A stretch of DNA of 63,458 bases, counting the filler, from an uncultured bacterium (GTDB lineage Bacteria > DYJV01), in assembly GCA_964543655.1 (NCBI GenBank). It is 3 parts of 3 records of this genome, joined end to end, with 100 filler letters (N's around TTAATTAATTAA, not from the genome) between each part and the next. Parts side by side here need not be neighbours in the genome. Positions count along the whole stretch, not along the records: positions 40,440 to 63,458 come from CAZIZE010000063.1; 2 more parts are not named here. One strand, written 5' to 3'. The notes beneath the pieces are model-generated. The model ran no database searches. It was not told the origin of the DNA and saw nothing but the letters and a program-made list of their open reading frames with translations. A program made the translations under genes and the position numbers. Of the stretch, positions 59,155-63,458 are shown piece by piece (the first letter of the stretch is position 1; every line of letters begins with the position of its first letter).

Positions 59155-61688
59155 TTTTCTGATAAAACTTCTTTTATCTCAATGGCAATTTTTTTAAGGG
59201 TTAAAGGTTTTTTTAAAAATTTTTTTGCTCCCAATTTTAAAGCATTATCAATATTATTTTCAGAATAAAAGCCACTCATAATTATTGCTTTTTGATGAGG
59301 GTACTTTTCCAAAATAATTTTCAGAGTTTCAAATCCGCTGATTCCTGGTTCCATAACAAGATCAATTATAACAATTTCAATCTTATTTTTATTAAGAAAA
59401 AAAATTGCATCTTCTCCTGATTTACAGGTAAAAACTTTATAATTTAACATTGTTAATAAGCTTGAATATATTTCCAGTTGCTCCTCTTCATCATCAACAA
59501 TTAAAATTTTTTCTCCATTCCCTTTTAATTTATTAATTTCTTCTTTTGTATCTTCTCTAATTAATTTTTTCCGTGTTGCAGGGAAAAATAGCTCAAAAGT
59601 TGTACCATTTTTATCAGATGATACTTTAATACCACCATCATGGTCATGTACCGTATTCCATACCACTGCAAGACCAAGTCCGGTGCCACTTTTTTTAGTT
59701 GCTTTCTTTTTGGAAAAAAATGGTTCAAAGATTCTGTCAATATATTCTTCAGGAATTCCTTCACCGGTATCAGATATTGATAAAACAACATACTCTCCTT
59801 TTTTTAGAAATTGGTTTTTTGGTAAGGGTTTATCAACATACTGATTTCTTGTGGAAATAATTATTTTCCCTTTTCCTTTTATTGATTCAGCAGCATTGTG
59901 AACAAGATTCATTAAACTTTTCTTTATATGTACTGGTGAGCAGTATATATTTAATAAATCTTTTTCCAGGTTCAATTCTACAGATACATTTAGATGGTCT
60001 TTAAAGAAATTTTTAAATTCATCTGAATCAATATACTCTTTTATAATATCATTTAAGGAAGCAATCTCTTTTTTTGCACTAACTCCTCGAGCAATTGTTA
60101 GTAAGTCCATTACTATTTCAGATGCTTTTTTACCGGATCTCTTAATTGCTTCAACGTATTTTCTAACTGGAGAATCGTCAGGTAATTTCATTAAAATCAA
60201 ATCCGGGTATCCTAAAATAGTTGATAAAATATTATTCAAATCGTGTGCAACTCCACTTGCCATTAAACCAATAGCTTCCATTTTTTCAGCTCTAATAAGT
60301 TTTTTTCCTAAAATCTTTTCTTGAGTAATATCTCTACCAAAAACAATTAAGGCTTTTCTTGAGCCATCTAAATGAAATAGAGGAACTTTAATTACATCAA
60401 AGATTTTTTTTCCACCGTCAATTGTTGGAATTGTTTCTTCATTTCTAATGAGAGTTTTATTTTTCCATGCTTTTTCATCACTTTGATAACATGTTTTAAA
60501 AGCTTCTTTAAAAACAGGATGAGTGTAATTAGCAAGTTCAAGGTCAGTTTTACCTCTATAATCAACATTTGTAAGTTGAAATAATTCCAAATCTGCTTTG
60601 TTTGCTTCAACCCACCTACCTTCACCATCTTTAAAACATATAATATCTGGAGTAGCATTTATTAACGTTCTTAAACGTTCTTCATTTTCTTTTAATTGCT
60701 TAGTTTTTAATTGAACCAGTTTTTCTATTTTTTTTCTTCTTCTGTTAGTTTCAATTCTAAAAAGAACTATCCAGAGTGCTATAAAAATAAAGATAATAGT
60801 AAAGGTAGTAACAACAGATAGGGTCACAAGTTTGGCAGTGGATAAACCACGGAGCATAATATCCCTTGTAAACTTTGCTTTAATTAGTAGCAGTGGCTTT
60901 TTATTGATGTCACGAACTATAGTATAGCCTAATAAAATGTTATTATTTTTCTCAATAAATATATAATGTTTAAGTAAAACTTTTTTTGCAATTTTACGTT
61001 CTTTTTCAGGAATATTTTTTTTTGTTAAATCCATTAAAGTAAAATGAATATTCATCTGTTTTGAGAGAGTTTGAATTATATTTTTATGAAGGAAACGACC
61101 CATAACAAAGATTCCTCTACTTGGCCCTTTACCTGAGCTTTTAAGAATTTGTTGAAGAGTAATTAAAAGAGGACCATTTTCAGTAGAGATAATACCAGAA
61201 ATTCCACCCTTTTTTTTAAATAACTTTATTAAAGGGTCTGAACTACAAAAATTTTTTGAAAATCTTTTTAATTGAATGTTTTTATTAAGAATTTTATCAT
61301 GGATACCATGCCAGATTGTTCTACCATTATTGGAGCAGATAAAGATAAGTTCTATACCACTTGCATTGAGACTTTCCCATTGAAAATTTGATATTTCATA
61401 AGCTTTATCTTTCTCCTTTACATATTTATAAGTGTCATCCCAGTAAGCCCAATCTTTGGAAATTTGCATTAAATGAAAAACTTCCCTCTGGATGGCATTC
61501 TTGATTCTATTAAGATCTTTTTGAGCTTTTTCTCTTTCAAGCTCTGAAAAAGCAGGGATTATAATTTTATAGCTTAAAAAATAATTACCTGTAATTTCAA
61601 ACAACAGAATAAGGGCGATAAATATTAAAAGAGATTTATAGGGGCTTAAAAAAATTTTTTTTATTAAATTTTTATTAAAACTATCCAT
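59151..61688 (-). CDS. Hybrid sensor kinase (TM-CHASE4-TM-PAS-HisKA-HATPase-REC)
   Basis: DWAYWDDTY, PAS region KDGEGRW..AN, GVAHDLNN, GTGLGLA, ILIVDDEE..IDLVM. Confidence 0.9.
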   Translation of the reverse strand: MDSFNKNLIKKIFLSPYKSLLIFIALILLFEITGNYFLSYKIIIPAFSELEREKAQKDLNRIKNAIQREVFHLMQISKDWAYWDDTYKYVKEKDKAYEISNFQWESLNASGIELIFICSNNGRTIWHGIHDKILNKNIQLKRFSKNFCSSDPLIKLFKKKGGISGIISTENGPLLITLQQILKSSGKGPSRGIFVMGRFLHKNIIQTLSKQMNIHFTLMDLTKKNIPEKERKIAKKVLLKHYIFIEKNNNILLGYTIVRDINKKPLLLIKAKFTRDIMLRGLSTAKLVTLSVVTTFTIIFIFIALWIVLFRIETNRRRKKIEKLVQLKTKQLKENEERLRTLINATPDIICFKDGEGRWVEANKADLELFQLTNVDYRGKTDLELANYTHPVFKEAFKTCYQSDEKAWKNKTLIRNEETIPTIDGGKKIFDVIKVPLFHLDGSRKALIVFGRDITQEKILGKKLIRAEKMEAIGLMASGVAHDLNNILSTILGYPDLILMKLPDDSPVRKYVEAIKRSGKKASEIVMDLLTIARGVSAKKEIASLNDIIKEYIDSDEFKNFFKDHLNVSVELNLEKDLLNIYCSPVHIKKSLMNLVHNAAESIKGKGKIIISTRNQYVDKPLPKNQFLKKGEYVVLSISDTGEGIPEEYIDRIFEPFFSKKKATKKSGTGLGLAVVWNTVHDHDGGIKVSSDKNGTTFELFFPATRKKLIREDTKEEINKLKGNGEKILIVDDEEEQLEIYSSLLTMLNYKVFTCKSGEDAIFFLNKNKIEIVIIDLVMEPGISGFETLKIILEKYPHQKAIIMSGFYSENNIDNALKLGAKKFLKKPLTLKKIAIEIKEVLSEN

Positions 61689-61785
61689 AAGAATTAAATT
61701 AGAAATTTTGTATTTTGTTAGAAATTAAAACAAAATATATTTACATTTTTTTTAAACAAATGTCCAGTATTTTAACATGAACAAA

Positions 61786-61802
61786 CTGGCATTTAAATTG
61801 CT
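61786..61802 (+). promoter_or_regulatory. Sigma54 (-24/-12) promoter of flgF
   Basis: CTGGCATTTAAATTGCT = TGGC-N7-TTGC, about 30 nt upstream of the flgF ATG. Confidence 0.85.
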
Positions 61803-61833
61803 TGATTGAATAAAAAACAGATTAGGAGCAAAA

Positions 61834-62622
61834 ATGAATCATGCCATTTATACTGCATTATCAGGGGCAATAGCAAATGACAAAAGGTTTGATATTGTTA
61901 GTAATAATCTTGCAAATGCTAATACTACAGGCTTTAAAAAAAGCAGGGTTTCTTTTGCTTCAATGTTACCAGTTCAAGATGAAGAAACAAAGAAAATAAA
62001 TGAAAATAGAGATGTTCCTGACAATTTCAAAAAGGGAGTGTTTAATACTTTTACTTATGTGAATAAGGTGAAAACAGACTTTTCTCAAGGATATTTAAAG
62101 GAAACAGGTAATGATTTTGATTTTGCAATAAATGGAGATGGTTTTTTTGTTGTTAAAGATGGAAAAGGAAATGTAAAATATACAAGGGATGGAAACTTTG
62201 TGGTTAACAATAATGGAACACTTGTAGATAGAGATGGTGATCAGGTTCTTGACACCAATAATAATCCTATTAAAATTCCAACTGAAAATGTAAAGTTTGT
62301 AAATGTAGATGAAAAAGGGAATATTTATGTAAATGATAATTTAGTTGCCAAGATGGCAGTTGTTGATTTTCAGGATAAAAGTAAACTCAGCAGAATAGGT
62401 AATAACAAATTTATTAACACAGATAAAAATATACAACCAAAAGAGAGTAAAAATTATAGTGTGTATCAAGGGTATTTGGAAGGTTCAAATATTAACATAG
62501 TCAAAGAAATGACAGCTTTAATAGAAATAATGAGGTCTTATGAAGCTACCCAGAAAGTTATAACTACAATAGATACCCAGATTGATCAAAGAGCTGTTAA
62601 TGATGTTGGAAGAATAGTATAA
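61834..62622 (+). CDS. flgF: Flagellar basal-body rod protein FlgF
   Basis: IYTALSG, NNLANANTTGFK, TGNDFDFAI.GDGFF, YTRDGNF, LEGSN. Confidence 0.9.
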   Translation: MNHAIYTALSGAIANDKRFDIVSNNLANANTTGFKKSRVSFASMLPVQDEETKKINENRDVPDNFKKGVFNTFTYVNKVKTDFSQGYLKETGNDFDFAINGDGFFVVKDGKGNVKYTRDGNFVVNNNGTLVDRDGDQVLDTNNNPIKIPTENVKFVNVDEKGNIYVNDNLVAKMAVVDFQDKSKLSRIGNNKFINTDKNIQPKESKNYSVYQGYLEGSNINIVKEMTALIEIMRSYEATQKVITTIDTQIDQRAVNDVGRIV

Positions 62623-62656
62623 TTTAATATTCATAAAAATTTAAGGAGGATTAAAA

Positions 62657-63445
62657 ATGTTTAGAGGTTTATGGACAGCTGCAACAGGTATGATAACACA
62701 GCAAACAAATATTGATGTAATTGCAAATAATCTTGCAAATGTAAATACAGCTGGTTTTAAAAAATCAAGGGCAAATTTTGAGGATCTCATTTATCAGACT
62801 TTTAAACATCCTGGGACATTGACAAGCTCTGGAAATGAAATCCCCACAGGAATTCAAATAGGCCACGGAGCAAAAACAACTTCTGTTGAAAAGATTTTTA
62901 CTGAAGGTAATCTCCAGCATACAGGAAATCAACTTGATCTTGCCATTGAGGGAAAAGGTTTTTTTAAAATTACAATGCCTGATGGTACAGAAGCTTACAC
63001 CCGTGATGGTGGTTTTAAAATTGATAGTACAGGACAGCTTGTTACTGCAAATGGTTATAAATTATCACCTGCAATTGTAATACCTAATGATACAACAAAT
63101 ATTACCATTTCTGAAGATGGCACAGTTTCTGTGCTTCAAGCTGGTCAAACATCTATGACTCAGGTTGGAAATATTACTCTTACAACTTTTTTAAACCCTT
63201 CTGGTTTGAAATCAATTGGTAAAAATCTTTTTAAAGAAACTGGAGCAAGTGGCAGTCCTAATGAAGTTACACCTGGAACAAATGGTGCAGGAACAATTGC
63301 TCAAGGATTCTTAGAAATGTCAAATGTTAGTGTTGTTGAAGAAATGGTTAATATGATTACTGGTCAGAGAGCATATGAAGTAAATTCAAAAACAGTGCAA
63401 ACAGCAGATTCAATGCTTCAAACTGCTATAAATGTGAAGAGATAA
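62657..63445 (+). CDS. flgG: Flagellar basal-body rod protein FlgG
   Basis: [54 protein letters not shown]. Confidence 0.97.
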   Translation: MFRGLWTAATGMITQQTNIDVIANNLANVNTAGFKKSRANFEDLIYQTFKHPGTLTSSGNEIPTGIQIGHGAKTTSVEKIFTEGNLQHTGNQLDLAIEGKGFFKITMPDGTEAYTRDGGFKIDSTGQLVTANGYKLSPAIVIPNDTTNITISEDGTVSVLQAGQTSMTQVGNITLTTFLNPSGLKSIGKNLFKETGASGSPNEVTPGTNGAGTIAQGFLEMSNVSVVEEMVNMITGQRAYEVNSKTVQTADSMLQTAINVKR

Positions 63446-63458
63446 TAAGAAAGGGGGA

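Noticed and set aside
974-63080. Numerous short antisense or alternate-frame ORFs in the track (e.g. 974-1267, 1808-2224, 8082-8606, 16645-17100, 24128-24574, 52269-52577)
   Set aside because: Shadows of well-supported genes, with no motifs or RBS

Overview
AT-rich bacterial DNA. The gene content (ThiC, sulfide-type Thi4, Fe-S/FmdE/CGGC proteins, Na+-PPase, sigma54 flagellar regulation) suggests a motile anaerobe, probably delta-proteobacteria-like or from a related lineage (inference). The window is three contigs joined by artificial N-TTAATTAATTAA-N linkers at 26572-26670 and 40340-40439, so adjacency across these gaps is not biological evidence. Contig A (1-26571): tuf end-rpmG-tRNA-Trp-secE-nusG-rplKAJL-rpoBC running directly into thi4-thiD2/thiE-thiC-hpt-cobU-cobS-udg. 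It then has a minus-strand redox/metal cluster (flavodoxin-CMD fusion, frameshifted MarR reading into an Fe-S protein, FmdE, CobC-like phosphatase, pseudo-metzincin, CGGC protein), trmO, a GGDEF cyclase, and a repeat-rich intergenic region. Contig B (26671-40339): AAA-ATPase fragment, hppA, pth (frameshifted), rplY, prs, tRNA-Gln, ispE, a peptide-binding lipoprotein, FAH-family and transglutaminase-like genes, and nuoNML (nuoL frameshifted). Contig C (40440-63458): tyrS, M24 peptidase, mtnN, an orphan kinase, plsY, a tightly coupled pgi-cheA(2xHpt)-STAS-cheW-lidless Hsp70-J/MshEN-like-sigma54 EBP-TPR-sigma54 response regulator operon, a hybrid kinase, and sigma54-driven flgF-flgG. The best candidate for an undescribed system is the chaperone pair (truncated Hsp70 plus a J-protein with a c-di-GMP-binding-like MshEN tail) embedded in a chemosensory/flagellar-regulator operon that lacks cheY and MCP genes. 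All calls come from motif recognition by eye; no database searches were run.
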